From sequence record OP870147.1: a DNA stretch of 64,000 bases, one strand, 5' to 3'. The number at the start of each line of letters is the position of its first letter. The stretch's first letter is position 1. Of the stretch, positions 18,783-27,659 are shown in pieces. The DNA is from Escherichia phage vB_Eco_F31. The notes under the pieces are model-generated. The model saw nothing but the letters and a program-made list of their open reading frames with translations, was not told the origin of the DNA and made no database searches. A program made the translations under genes and the position numbers.

Positions 18783-19742
18783 TTATGATTTTAATGCATT
18801 CATTGCGTTAAAAAGTTTAGAATACTGCAACTGGAGATTCGTTACAACACTTTGAGCATCACGAAGCTTAGCTTGTGCTTTGTCAAGTTCAACAGACAGT
18901 TGGTCCATAGTGGCCTTGATTTGATTGTAATGGTAATCTTCGGCCGGAAGAAGGTCATTAGAAACATTTAGTTTTACTGCAGACAGTTTGCACACATTTG
19001 GCAAACCTTTAAACATTGATTTAGCCGAAGTAGAATAAGCACTTAGGACTTCGGCTTGTTCAATTGGGGTCCCAGTAAGCGATGCTTCAAACAATGCATT
19101 TTCCTTTTTAAGATTTTGATAGTATTCAGAGTCTTTGTGCCACCATGGCGCAGGAACCTTTTTACCAATAGATACACGAGCCTGGATAGCGATATTGCCC
19201 TTATTCTTGATAGGGTCGATAATATTAAGCTCACGAGAATAAATTGCTTTAATCTGGTGAATATTATCACCTAACACTTCCAACGCTTGGTGGAATACAC
19301 GAGCAACGTTATCATTCTTAGGTTTATACGTGAGAGTGAACTCGTTCTCACTGATAACCATGATTTCCAACTTATCGTAAGTATATTTCAAATGTTTCAT
19401 GTTAATTGCTTGAGGACGAATACGAGAAGCAATGGCCATCAGATTGTTAAGGTTATTCCGGAACTGCTTAGCGAAATATTGTCCTTCACCGCCAATACAA
19501 AAATTACGAAGTTTCTGTTTGGCCAATAAACGGCTGAACTCACCATTTTTAATGAACTCTTTAACGGGTGTGTTAGTAACGCATTCAAATTTAGTAAACT
19601 TACGAGAATTAATCCCATAATACGAACAGATTTCCTCAATCTCTTCAGGAGTCTTTACAGGCATACGGATAGGATTAGGTCCTGGAGTATATGCGTTCGA
19701 GGTAAATTCTTTGATAAGTTCTTTACGTGTAATAAAAGCCAT
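18783..19742 (-). CDS. hypothetical protein with C-terminal coiled coil
   Basis: 319 aa; own promoter cassette upstream. Confidence 0.6.
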   Translation of the reverse strand: MAFITRKELIKEFTSNAYTPGPNPIRMPVKTPEEIEEICSYYGINSRKFTKFECVTNTPVKEFIKNGEFSRLLAKQKLRNFCIGGEGQYFAKQFRNNLNNLMAIASRIRPQAINMKHLKYTYDKLEIMVISENEFTLTYKPKNDNVARVFHQALEVLGDNIHQIKAIYSRELNIIDPIKNKGNIAIQARVSIGKKVPAPWWHKDSEYYQNLKKENALFEASLTGTPIEQAEVLSAYSTSAKSMFKGLPNVCKLSAVKLNVSNDLLPAEDYHYNQIKATMDQLSVELDKAQAKLRDAQSVVTNLQLQYSKLFNAMNALKS

Positions 19743-19768
19743 TTTATATTCCTCATGTTGAAAAATTT

Positions 19769-19797
19769 ATTATACTCCAACCATCCTTGGTTGTACA
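19769..19797 (-). promoter_or_regulatory. early promoter / stem-loop cassette
   Basis: TGTACA-N17-TATAAT; same core ttattatactccaaccatccttggttgta. Confidence 0.65.
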
Positions 19798-20793
19798 TCA
19801 TTCCTTAAGAAGTTTTACTACCTGAATAAGATTAGCTCGTTCTGTTTTATTTTTACCGTTTAAGCCTGCTAATCGTGAGATTTCATCGTCAGTCTGTTGA
19901 ATAGTTACATTAAGTTCGTTAATCAAAGCTTCAAAGTATTTGATTTGCTCAGCATGTTTTGATTCAAATTTCTGAACCGGAATAACGTCTTGGTTTAGTT
20001 CATCAATAAGGTCTTTAAGAGCATCTTCTTGGTTGATATCATATTCAACTTCTTTTATTTCTTCAATGAGCTCGTCTTTATATCTAACGTCTTTTAGTCC
20101 TGGTGCTGGTCCTGAAATCTCTTCTTTAAGAGTACAAACATATCCAATACGGTATCCAATGCCGTCTCGCTTGATATCAACTTCGTCGATAAATCCACAA
20201 TGTTTAAGCCCGGAGCCGATTATGTCAAAATATCCTTGACGTCGTCCTTCAAACGTTACACGAACTACTAAGACAGTTTTACCTGCAACCTTTTGAAGCT
20301 CACATTTATAAAAGTCAGTTGAACCTGAATAACGTGGATGAGTTTTAAAGTTCATCTGACGATCTAGGCCCATTTGTAAGCGTGCTGTTACGGCCATAAA
20401 ACGTGTTTGGTTCTCGTTAAGATGAGCAACAATCCATTTCAAAGGCATTTTACACTGTTCACGACCGAACAAATCAGTACGTCCTAGATTACGCAGGATG
20501 TTGTTAGAGTTAATCATCGACAGAACGTTAAGTTTATTCAGCGCGCTGAAGATTCCATCAGCCATTGATTTTCCATAACCTTTACACGCTTTAATAAGTG
20601 CTCGCGGCAGATTAGTATAGATTTCAGACGGCATATGAAAATCAAATTTACTAGTCAGTAATTGATGAACTTGGATAGCAATTTGCTCATAATTAAGTGC
20701 TCTGCGATCGTTATGGTCTTTAAACCACACTTTAATCTGTGAAGCACATAAACCGTTAATTTCATGTTTTACCGCATCAGATGTAATGCTCAT
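19798..20793 (-). CDS. hypothetical protein with C-terminal coiled coil
   Basis: 331 aa. Confidence 0.6.
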   Translation of the reverse strand: MSITSDAVKHEINGLCASQIKVWFKDHNDRRALNYEQIAIQVHQLLTSKFDFHMPSEIYTNLPRALIKACKGYGKSMADGIFSALNKLNVLSMINSNNILRNLGRTDLFGREQCKMPLKWIVAHLNENQTRFMAVTARLQMGLDRQMNFKTHPRYSGSTDFYKCELQKVAGKTVLVVRVTFEGRRQGYFDIIGSGLKHCGFIDEVDIKRDGIGYRIGYVCTLKEEISGPAPGLKDVRYKDELIEEIKEVEYDINQEDALKDLIDELNQDVIPVQKFESKHAEQIKYFEALINELNVTIQQTDDEISRLAGLNGKNKTERANLIQVVKLLKE

Positions 20794-20828
20794 AACTATT
20801 TCCTCAGATTGAATTGGAACTCAAAACC

Positions 20829-20854
20829 ATTATAACCCGTCCTTGGGTAAAGCG
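20829..20854 (-). promoter_or_regulatory. candidate middle promoter
   Basis: CATAAACGCTTTA + 13 nt + TATAAT, same 13-mer as at 4435..4447. Confidence 0.4.
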
Positions 20855-20855
20855 T

Positions 20856-21383
20856 TTATGCGTGAACCGTCTTTAAACGTTCTTCAAATTTCCGAAGAGT
20901 ACTAATACGTTCTGCTTTCTGTTTTGTATAGTTTGCAATACGTTCTGAAGTGAGAGCGTATCGTTCGTTTACTGTTTCTTTCATGAAGTCAGGGATTTCA
21001 CGAGAAGCTTTAATTTCATCAAACTTATCGAGTACTGCCTGGTCTTCAGCAATTAAATTTTCGTACATCTCGATATCTTTCTTGATGAAGTCGATATCTT
21101 CCTGGGTTACTTTGGATAAACGAGATGCTTTATCCTTTTTGTACTGCTCGTTAGTTTCACGAGACCAGAATAATGTACGTTTTTTGTTAGTGTTTTTGTA
21201 GACTTCCACAATTCCAACTGAATCGATGATAACAATCCAATTCCAGCGAGATTTGAAAATCTGACCTCCGTCCACGGTAATCTCGTTACCATAAGCAACG
21301 TCATTAAAGAACTTGCTTTGTGCTTCAGATTTAAATTTACCGTCGTTATAATTTACCAGGTTGAAAATATCTTTAGCGTTCAT
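20856..21383 (-). CDS. hypothetical protein
   Basis: 175-aa ORF. Confidence 0.55.
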   Translation of the reverse strand: MNAKDIFNLVNYNDGKFKSEAQSKFFNDVAYGNEITVDGGQIFKSRWNWIVIIDSVGIVEVYKNTNKKRTLFWSRETNEQYKKDKASRLSKVTQEDIDFIKKDIEMYENLIAEDQAVLDKFDEIKASREIPDFMKETVNERYALTSERIANYTKQKAERISTLRKFEERLKTVHA

Positions 21384-21410
21384 GTTTTACCTCCAGTAGT
21401 TGATAGGTCT

Positions 21411-21438
21411 ATAATAACATAACCATAGACCTTGTAAA
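21411..21438 (-). promoter_or_regulatory. early promoter / stem-loop cassette
   Basis: TTTACA-N16-TATTAT; AGGTCT/AGACCT repeat brackets the -10. Confidence 0.55.
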
Positions 21439-21441
21439 CAA

Positions 21442-21729
21442 CTAAAAGAAACTTTTTTCGGTATTTTTTCCACTGAACCAAACAGACTTCGGGATTTTTT
21501 GTAATTTTTCAGATTTAAGTTTCTCTTCTTGTTCTTTCTTATATACACCCTTGTCGTACTGGAGCATCTCTATGGCATTCTTTTGCAAACGATCTAAGGT
21601 AATTAAGGCTTTAGTTTTTCCTTTCAAGGAAGAGTCCTGGCGAACCTCCTCACTATATTGCATCGTAGAACTAACCATACGATGAGCATACAGTTCGACT
21701 GCGGCTTTAATTTTTTGCATAAAATCCAT
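21442..21729 (-). CDS. hypothetical protein
   Basis: 95-aa ORF. Confidence 0.5.
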   Translation of the reverse strand: MDFMQKIKAAVELYAHRMVSSTMQYSEEVRQDSSLKGKTKALITLDRLQKNAIEMLQYDKGVYKKEQEEKLKSEKLQKIPKSVWFSGKNTEKSFF

Positions 21730-21866
21730 AACATATCCTCTTTGATTTGTACATCATTATTTTAAATATTTCTATGCCCTCAGTAGGTTCCTGGTGTCCT
21801 TCTTTGAGTTAAGCCATATGATTATTCATCTTTATGGCTTTTGTTACCTCAGAACTTCCTATAAGC

Positions 21867-22868
21867 TTATTTCAGTAAAGTTACTTCAGAGATTTCTTCC
21901 CAACCATCTTTATCAGTTGAAATAAAATCTGCTACATAAAGAGCCGTACGTAATGATACATTGCGAAGACGAGATACATTAGCCTTCATCCAGGACAATG
22001 CTTTGTACGTTTCTGCATCCGTCAGGCCACGTTTCTGCATCATGTCAGTAGATAATATTACATCTTCAACTCGAACCATAATCTCTTCATTAGAGTGTAC
22101 TCCAAGGTCGAGATACACTGAACGAGATACTAAAGCTTGAAGGTGTGGAGCAAGTTTCGAACCCCGTTCTAACTCTTTATCGATATCAACGTTTGTAATG
22201 AAAACGATAGTACCTTCAAACTCAAATTCTTTATCAATACCCTTATCCTCGAGATAAGATGACGCAGTGCTCCAACAAACTTTGCGTTTATCGCCGGTAT
22301 CTAATGCTGCTTTAAGAAGGTTCAAGATGTCCATATCTGAGAATACGTCAACGTCGTCGATTAAGAGAACGCTGTCTGCGTCACGGTTGAGCCAAAGTTG
22401 TTCGTAAAGGCCAATACCAGAGATTTTACCATTAATGCTTTTGTATTTGATGAAACCATTATCATTAGCGTTATTAAGTGCTTTATCCAGAGAATACGTC
22501 TTACCAATACCGGCTGCACCTGAAATAATGAGTGAACGAATTTTGCCATCGATAATGCCATTCGTCATCATGTTCATTACTTTAAAGCGTTTGTTGATAC
22601 GAGTTTTCATATTTTCAGTGCTTTCAACAACTGCAACTGGCGATGTCTCAACTCCTTCCATTACGATGTCTGATTTGAAGACCCATACTCCACGTTCAGA
22701 GCCATCAATCATAACGAAAATTTTACCATCACCTAAGTGGGAACATTCAGGATTAAGCTTTGCCGGGAACCAGGTCTTTGTGGCAACATAAGAACCAGAG
22801 ATTTCGTTATTACGATAGATACCTTTTTTGATTTGAACGTTGAACATTTTATTCTCCAATTTACTCAT
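21867..22868 (-). CDS. P-loop NTPase (AAA-like ATPase)
   Basis: Walker A GAAGIGKT, Walker B LLIDDVD, sensor-like FITN. Confidence 0.65.
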   Translation of the reverse strand: MSKLENKMFNVQIKKGIYRNNEISGSYVATKTWFPAKLNPECSHLGDGKIFVMIDGSERGVWVFKSDIVMEGVETSPVAVVESTENMKTRINKRFKVMNMMTNGIIDGKIRSLIISGAAGIGKTYSLDKALNNANDNGFIKYKSINGKISGIGLYEQLWLNRDADSVLLIDDVDVFSDMDILNLLKAALDTGDKRKVCWSTASSYLEDKGIDKEFEFEGTIVFITNVDIDKELERGSKLAPHLQALVSRSVYLDLGVHSNEEIMVRVEDVILSTDMMQKRGLTDAETYKALSWMKANVSRLRNVSLRTALYVADFISTDKDGWEEISEVTLLK

Positions 22869-22885
22869 TTCGTTTCGATAGGTCT

Positions 22886-22913
22886 ATAATAACATATCCT
22901 AAAAGCATGTACA
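22886..22913 (-). promoter_or_regulatory. early promoter
   Basis: TGTACA-N16-TATTAT upstream of ATPase gene. Confidence 0.5.
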
Positions 22914-22939
22914 CTACTTTTTTAAAAATATTTTAACCC

Positions 22940-22961
22940 CCTAAAGGGACCCGAAGGTCCC
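22940..22961 (-). terminator. C(UUCG)G hairpin, terminator-like
   Basis: GGGACC-TTCG-GGTCCC on minus strand immediately after stop at 22967, then TTTAGGGGGTT. Confidence 0.5.
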
Positions 22962-22966
22962 CGCAT

Positions 22967-23233
22967 TTACTTATCGCACTTAGCAACATAATTAGGCATA
23001 TCACAGAATACAGAGCGAGTAACTACTCGTCCCTTTGACCATGCTTCAGTTGCTTGTCCGGCCGTGCTATTAATATAGCTTGATTTGATATTCTCAATAC
23101 CCTGAGAATGCGATGCATTTACCGAACCGTTGGAAGGTGCAGAAGACTGGTTACCACCAGCTCCTGCACCTGTGGTAGCACCAACAGAGAATGCCATCAT
23201 TACTGCGAATAAACCAATTACTAATTTTTTCAT
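22967..23233 (-). CDS. hypothetical secreted protein
   Basis: Signal peptide MKKLVIGLFAVMMAFSVGA then Gly/Ser-rich region. Confidence 0.55.
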   Translation of the reverse strand: MKKLVIGLFAVMMAFSVGATTGAGAGGNQSSAPSNGSVNASHSQGIENIKSSYINSTAGQATEAWSKGRVVTRSVFCDMPNYVAKCDK

Positions 23234-23264
23234 ATTTACCTCAAGTTAAGAGTTATTTATCTAC

Positions 23265-24254
23265 TTATTTATAGTAAGAATTATGATTTTCGAGATAGAC
23301 TTGCTCAAGGAAATCATCCCAGAAACTCATATCTACTTTTTGTTGCATACCGTTCTTAGCGGCTTGTTCTGATGCTTGTTCTACCTGGTCAACAATGTCT
23401 TCCAGGAATTCTTGTACAGTTTTAAACGTATGTTTACCAAGCTTAACATCGAGAATAAATGGAGCATCCTGAAGTGGGTAAACCAGGTCGCCGGTTTTGT
23501 AAATTTCCAATAATTGAAGTCCACCGCGACATGCATGACTCAATGCTTTCCAGTCAATACCTTCGTTAGCTTCTGCCTTACGAGCACGTTCGCCATAGTT
23601 CTCTTCCAGTTTAACCAGGATGGCATTGAACTCTTTATTGGTTAACGTATCTTGGAATTTACGGTCTAACAGATTATAGAATGTTTGCTTACCTGTTTTC
23701 TCGTTTTCGGTTTCAACCCACGAAGCAAATTCACCTACAGGCAGAACATTCTTCATATGTGATAAACGAATTACTGCACCATTATCAAAGTATTGTCCCC
23801 ATTCATTAGAACGTTTAAGGGCTTGACGAAGAACAGCCAGTCGAGAACCCTTGACACCGTATTTAGAAGCTTGCTTACGGACATACCCCAAATAAGATTT
23901 CATGTTAGTGGTATAGAAACGAGACCTGTTATCTTGAATATACTTCCACACGTCAGGCAAATCAGATTTAACCACTAGACTTGGTGGAGTGTGAAGCATA
24001 TCTAATGCGACAGTTTCACCATCCGCAGCTAGTTTAAAGAAATATTTGAGACTGTACAACTCATGATCCACATCGTCTTTTGTGTTCTTAGAAGATGTGT
24101 TATTCGTGTTCTTGCTCATGTGTTCTTTAACGTTACCGGTCAAGATATCACGAGCATGAGGGACATAAATTTCTTTAAAATCGACGTCAGATTCAGGAGT
24201 AGACGTTCCATAAAGGTGGCTACCAAAGTAGCCTTTCATAATTGTTTTCATCAT
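23265..24254 (-). CDS. nucleotidyltransferase-fold protein (Pol-beta/MNT type)
   Basis: GSHLYGTSTPESDVDF fits GSx(n)DxD signature; 329 aa. Confidence 0.55.
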   Translation of the reverse strand: MMKTIMKGYFGSHLYGTSTPESDVDFKEIYVPHARDILTGNVKEHMSKNTNNTSSKNTKDDVDHELYSLKYFFKLAADGETVALDMLHTPPSLVVKSDLPDVWKYIQDNRSRFYTTNMKSYLGYVRKQASKYGVKGSRLAVLRQALKRSNEWGQYFDNGAVIRLSHMKNVLPVGEFASWVETENEKTGKQTFYNLLDRKFQDTLTNKEFNAILVKLEENYGERARKAEANEGIDWKALSHACRGGLQLLEIYKTGDLVYPLQDAPFILDVKLGKHTFKTVQEFLEDIVDQVEQASEQAAKNGMQQKVDMSFWDDFLEQVYLENHNSYYK

Positions 24255-24724
24255 TTAGCCTTATATTCAAGAGTAGGACAGATTTTTTCTTTACGAGCTT
24301 TAAGGTATTCGCCTATTAATGATTTCTTACGTTCAATAGGCTCAAGTCCATTTTTAATTCGTTCTTGGTTTTGCGCAATGAGCTCAATTTCTTTATAATA
24401 TTTTCTGTCGTTATATTTGTCTAACAACCAAGACGGACCAATTACCAACCCGGTAGCAATAAAAGCCATGACTGCTACAATTAAAATGCCTACACCAATT
24501 GAGGCCGGAACTAATGTCCATAGACTGTTAAAAACAAAGAATTTAGTTAAAATTTCCTGGCCAATGATTGTGACTGCTGCTAAAATCGCAAATCCAATAA
24601 TTGAAACAGCCAATACCGGGATTAACGTTTTCCAAAAATAAGCACACAACGTTTTCGGACGATTCCATGTACTATTGAACGCGGCATAAATTTTAAAGTG
24701 CCAAGAGTTTTCATTGATAATCAT
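24251..24724 (-). CDS. hypothetical membrane protein
   Basis: Multiple hydrophobic helices. Confidence 0.55.
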   Translation of the reverse strand: MIINENSWHFKIYAAFNSTWNRPKTLCAYFWKTLIPVLAVSIIGFAILAAVTIIGQEILTKFFVFNSLWTLVPASIGVGILIVAVMAFIATGLVIGPSWLLDKYNDRKYYKEIELIAQNQERIKNGLEPIERKKSLIGEYLKARKEKICPTLEYKAK

Positions 24725-24733
24725 AATAATTCC

Positions 24734-25264
24734 TTATTTCAAAGTTGGGATAATAGAATCGAGATAAGCTTTAAGAGCAACTGTTTCATCTTTGTCTAAT
24801 GTAATGATATGTTGACGAAGGTCATCAATTTGGCGAATAACTACGACATCACCGTCTTCATAAGAAGGATTAACGCCTAGGACTGTTGTATAGTCAGGGC
24901 GGTCCTGATTTGTAATAAAAGCATTACGGCATTTAGCCCATTGAAGTTTGGCCTTTTTGGCAGTTTCAGATTCTATGAATTCTTTCACCTTAGTGACGAA
25001 TGTTTTCCAATTATTGATAGAAAGGCATTCATCTTCTGTTTCGATATTAACCCCACTATAAAGACCGTGATAAAAACGAACTTGAAGGTCTTCATCAATG
25101 TTAATTACAGATGCATGGCCGGGCGGATTGAGTTTCAAAATCTTGTCCAGTTCCATAGGAAGAATAGTAACAGCATCATCTTCTTGTGTCAGAACGTAAG
25201 CATAACCACGTTTTTCGATACATAAATCGCCAAACAACTCGGTTGTTTCAATTACAGTTTTCAT
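24734..25264 (-). CDS. hypothetical protein
   Basis: Start moved to ATG 25264 (MKTVIETTEL...). Confidence 0.55.
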   Translation of the reverse strand: MKTVIETTELFGDLCIEKRGYAYVLTQEDDAVTILPMELDKILKLNPPGHASVINIDEDLQVRFYHGLYSGVNIETEDECLSINNWKTFVTKVKEFIESETAKKAKLQWAKCRNAFITNQDRPDYTTVLGVNPSYEDGDVVVIRQIDDLRQHIITLDKDETVALKAYLDSIIPTLK

Positions 25265-25265
25265 A

Positions 25266-25445
25266 TTATTCACCAATTAAAGTTTCAACAAAATTCACCA
25301 AATCATTCAGACAAGCATCAACCTGATTTTCATAAAAGTCTTCGTTATCATTTACTGCATGATAAGCTACATCATTCAAATCTGAATCGGCTTCACGTAA
25401 GTTACGGATAAGTTCCATCAATTTATTAGCTTGTTCACGGGTCAT
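25266..25445 (-). CDS. hypothetical small acidic protein (59 aa)
   Basis: ATG 25445 overlaps stop of an upstream ~36-aa ORF (ATGA coupling); below track cutoff. Confidence 0.35.
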   Translation of the reverse strand: MTREQANKLMELIRNLREADSDLNDVAYHAVNDNEDFYENQVDACLNDLVNFVETLIGE

Positions 25446-25580
25446 TTTACCATACTCGTTTCAATAAGATTCACTATGCCGTTTACCATGTTATAAGTAA
25501 ACATCGGATAATTGTATTGTACTACAACATAAGCGATAAGCAAAAGTTTCATTTTGTTCTCCGTTTGTTTTGATAGGACT

Positions 25581-25609
25581 ACTATAACATAGTCCTACCA
25601 AGATGTAAA
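25581..25609 (-). promoter_or_regulatory. early promoter / stem-loop cassette
   Basis: TTTACA-N17-TATAGT; TAGGACT/AGTCCTA brackets the -10. Confidence 0.6.
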
Positions 25610-25843
25610 CTACCGATTGTGTTTTAAATGTTGATAAAGTTCTTCAACTTGTTTTGGGTCCAAAACAATTAAGTCATTTTCTTGACGAAGATAAATCCAT
25701 CCCTTATCCCCAGGGCCATTTTTACAAAACATCACCACCGTATCATCATCTTCAGCGCTTTCAGGTAAAAGTTCAAGTACACCGTCTTCAGATTTTCCAG
25801 TATAATCGTAAAGCATAATATCCTCACATAATCTCGTTAACAT
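25610..25843 (-). CDS. hypothetical protein
   Basis: 77-aa acidic ORF. Confidence 0.5.
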   Translation of the reverse strand: MLTRLCEDIMLYDYTGKSEDGVLELLPESAEDDDTVVMFCKNGPGDKGWIYLRQENDLIVLDPKQVEELYQHLKHNR

Positions 25844-26003
25844 ACATTTGCAATTCGGTGTGGGCTTCGGCCATCTTTTTCATAGCTCTGTTAATGTCGA
25901 TGTCTCCATCTTCGCAACCATGAGCATTTTCCCAATCAGATACCGCATTAGCGTACTCTTCAATCAAAAACATTAACTTAGAAATTTTTTCTTTACGTGT
26001 CAT
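25824..26003 (-). CDS. hypothetical protein (rI.-1 position)
   Basis: Start moved to ATG 26003 (MTRKEKISKL...), SD GAGGAG. Confidence 0.5.
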   Translation of the reverse strand: MTRKEKISKLMFLIEEYANAVSDWENAHGCEDGDIDINRAMKKMAEAHTELQMYVNEIM

Positions 26004-26030
26004 AACGTTCTCCTCTAGTAAGTAAGGACT

Positions 26031-26058
26031 ACTATAACACAACCTGAGGAGAAGTAAA
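26031..26058 (-). promoter_or_regulatory. early promoter inside SD-sequestering inverted repeat
   Basis: TTTACT-N16-TATAGT; repeat CTCCTC (26010..26015) / GAGGAG (26046..26051) pairs the SD of ATG 26003. Confidence 0.55.
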
Positions 26059-26070
26059 CTGATAGATGCC

Positions 26071-26099
26071 AAAAAAAGCCCCAACCATAAGGAAGGGGC
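26071..26099 (-). terminator. rho-independent terminator (GCCCC...GGGGC cassette) after rI
   Basis: Minus strand GCCCCTTCC-TTAT-GGTTGGGGC followed by T7; 8 nt after stop at 26107. Confidence 0.7.
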
Positions 26100-26106
26100 T
26101 AGTAAA

Positions 26107-26409
26107 TTAGATAGATGTAGGCTCTAATTTTATTTTCATGAACTCGGCAAATTGTCTGGCAGTTTTTATGCCTTGTTCATGACATTCAAATGCATCATCA
26201 CAGGGGCTATTTTTGTAATGCTTTGCCATATACTTATAGAATTTTTCAGAATTCTCGACATTTTGAATTTCAAACAAAGTATATACATTTTTAATCCCTG
26301 ATTCCATAAAGTTATCAAAATATGGGTCGATATATGCAGTGCCAACAATAGGAGTTGTTACTGCAAAAAACCCCAGCATCACCATGACGGCTATCGCTCT
26401 TAAGGCCAT
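26107..26409 (-). CDS. rI: lysis-inhibition regulator RI (antiholin)
   Basis: 100 aa, N-terminal signal-anchor; MALRAIAVMVMLGF...DPYFDNFMESGI resembles T4 RI from memory; adjacent to tk. Confidence 0.85.
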   Translation of the reverse strand: MALRAIAVMVMLGFFAVTTPIVGTAYIDPYFDNFMESGIKNVYTLFEIQNVENSEKFYKYMAKHYKNSPCDDAFECHEQGIKTARQFAEFMKIKLEPTSI

Positions 26410-26421
26410 ATAGGCCTCCTG

Positions 26422-26634
26422 TTAATTTTGGCCAGTATTTATTTTTCGCCTTTGGACGGCCTTAACATCTGCGAGGTATTTTTCCAGCTTGCGCTTGCGT
26501 GTATAATCAGCTTTAGAACCAGTTTGACGGATATCCTCGTTTAAATGAGAAATAGAATGTCCTAATTCTCTTCGGATTTCATCCAATTGGGTTACAGTAA
26601 GATTACGAAGTTGTCTTTCGTTTAATTGCTGCAT
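26422..26634 (-). CDS. hypothetical protein (rI.1 position)
   Basis: 70-aa basic ORF. Confidence 0.55.
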   Translation of the reverse strand: MQQLNERQLRNLTVTQLDEIRRELGHSISHLNEDIRQTGSKADYTRKRKLEKYLADVKAVQRRKINTGQN

Positions 26635-26661
26635 ATATACCTCTTGGTTAGATATTAGTAT

Positions 26662-27243
26662 TTATAACAACCCTGTCAAATCGTTCCAATGCTTCCGGCA
26701 TAATGACACATATCTATCGGTATCACCAATTTCAATTTGACTGCCATCTGTAATTGGAAGTCCGTCTTCCGTGACTCTAGCTACCATTGTGGCCTTTTTA
26801 CCACAATGACAGACACCTTTAAGTTCAACAAGCTTATCGGCAATAGCCATTAATGCTTGAGAACCTTCAAATAGATTACCTTTAAAATCTGTTCGTAGTC
26901 CATATGCCATTACCGGCACATTGTATACGTCAACAATACGACTAAGTTGATACACCTTTTCAGTAGTTAAGAACTGAGCTTCATCAACAAATACACAGTG
27001 AATATCCTTTTGTGCTGCAGCCCATTTATAGAATTCAAAGATATCCATGTCTTTTGTAATTATATTGGCGTCCTGTCGAATACCAATACGAGAGACTATT
27101 TCACCTTTTGAATCGCGAGTATCAATAGCCGGTTTAAGAACTAATACACCCATGCCACGTTCTTTATAGTTATGTGCGGCAGTAAGTAATGAAGCAGACT
27201 TACCAGCGTTCATAGCGGCATAGGTAAAAATTAAACTAGCCAT
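26662..27243 (-). CDS. tk: thymidine kinase
   Basis: Walker A AAMNAGKS; C-terminal zinc site CHCGKK...CRKH. Confidence 0.95.
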   Translation of the reverse strand: MASLIFTYAAMNAGKSASLLTAAHNYKERGMGVLVLKPAIDTRDSKGEIVSRIGIRQDANIITKDMDIFEFYKWAAAQKDIHCVFVDEAQFLTTEKVYQLSRIVDVYNVPVMAYGLRTDFKGNLFEGSQALMAIADKLVELKGVCHCGKKATMVARVTEDGLPITDGSQIEIGDTDRYVSLCRKHWNDLTGLL

Positions 27244-27252
27244 AAGAGTCCC

Positions 27253-27435
27253 TTATAGTGAATTCACGTAGTCAATGAGTTCTTGTTCTTTCCTGTCAAA
27301 TGATTCCAACAATGCTTGATATTCTTCGTCCGTCAAAGGAGCATATTCATCATACGCATTGGTGGCTGCTTGCTCATCCAATAGGTCATGGATAAGTTCA
27401 AACAGTTTAGTTTTCTCTTCTTTAGTCAATTTCAT
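27253..27435 (-). CDS. hypothetical protein
   Basis: 60-aa acidic ORF. Confidence 0.45.
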   Translation of the reverse strand: MKLTKEEKTKLFELIHDLLDEQAATNAYDEYAPLTDEEYQALLESFDRKEQELIDYVNSL

Positions 27436-27659
27436 TTAGGTTCACCTTCTTTAACGAAATCTGGGTAAGGGTAAAATCCTGAGTAAAACCCTTCACCTTT
27501 ATGATTGCTACAACCTTTGTTCGAACAGTAACACCAATAATCAAAATCACAAGCCATTTCGTCATTGCATAAAGCAAAAACTACAGGCCATTCGCATTTT
27601 TCGCATTTAGCACCTGTAAGAATTTTTGTTTGACTCATAGCCATGTCACCTTTAAGCAA
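27432..27659 (-). CDS. hypothetical Cys-rich protein
   Basis: Several Cys pairs (CEKCEW, CSNKGC). Confidence 0.5.
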   Translation of the reverse strand: MLKGDMAMSQTKILTGAKCEKCEWPVVFALCNDEMACDFDYWCYCSNKGCSNHKGEGFYSGFYPYPDFVKEGEPK

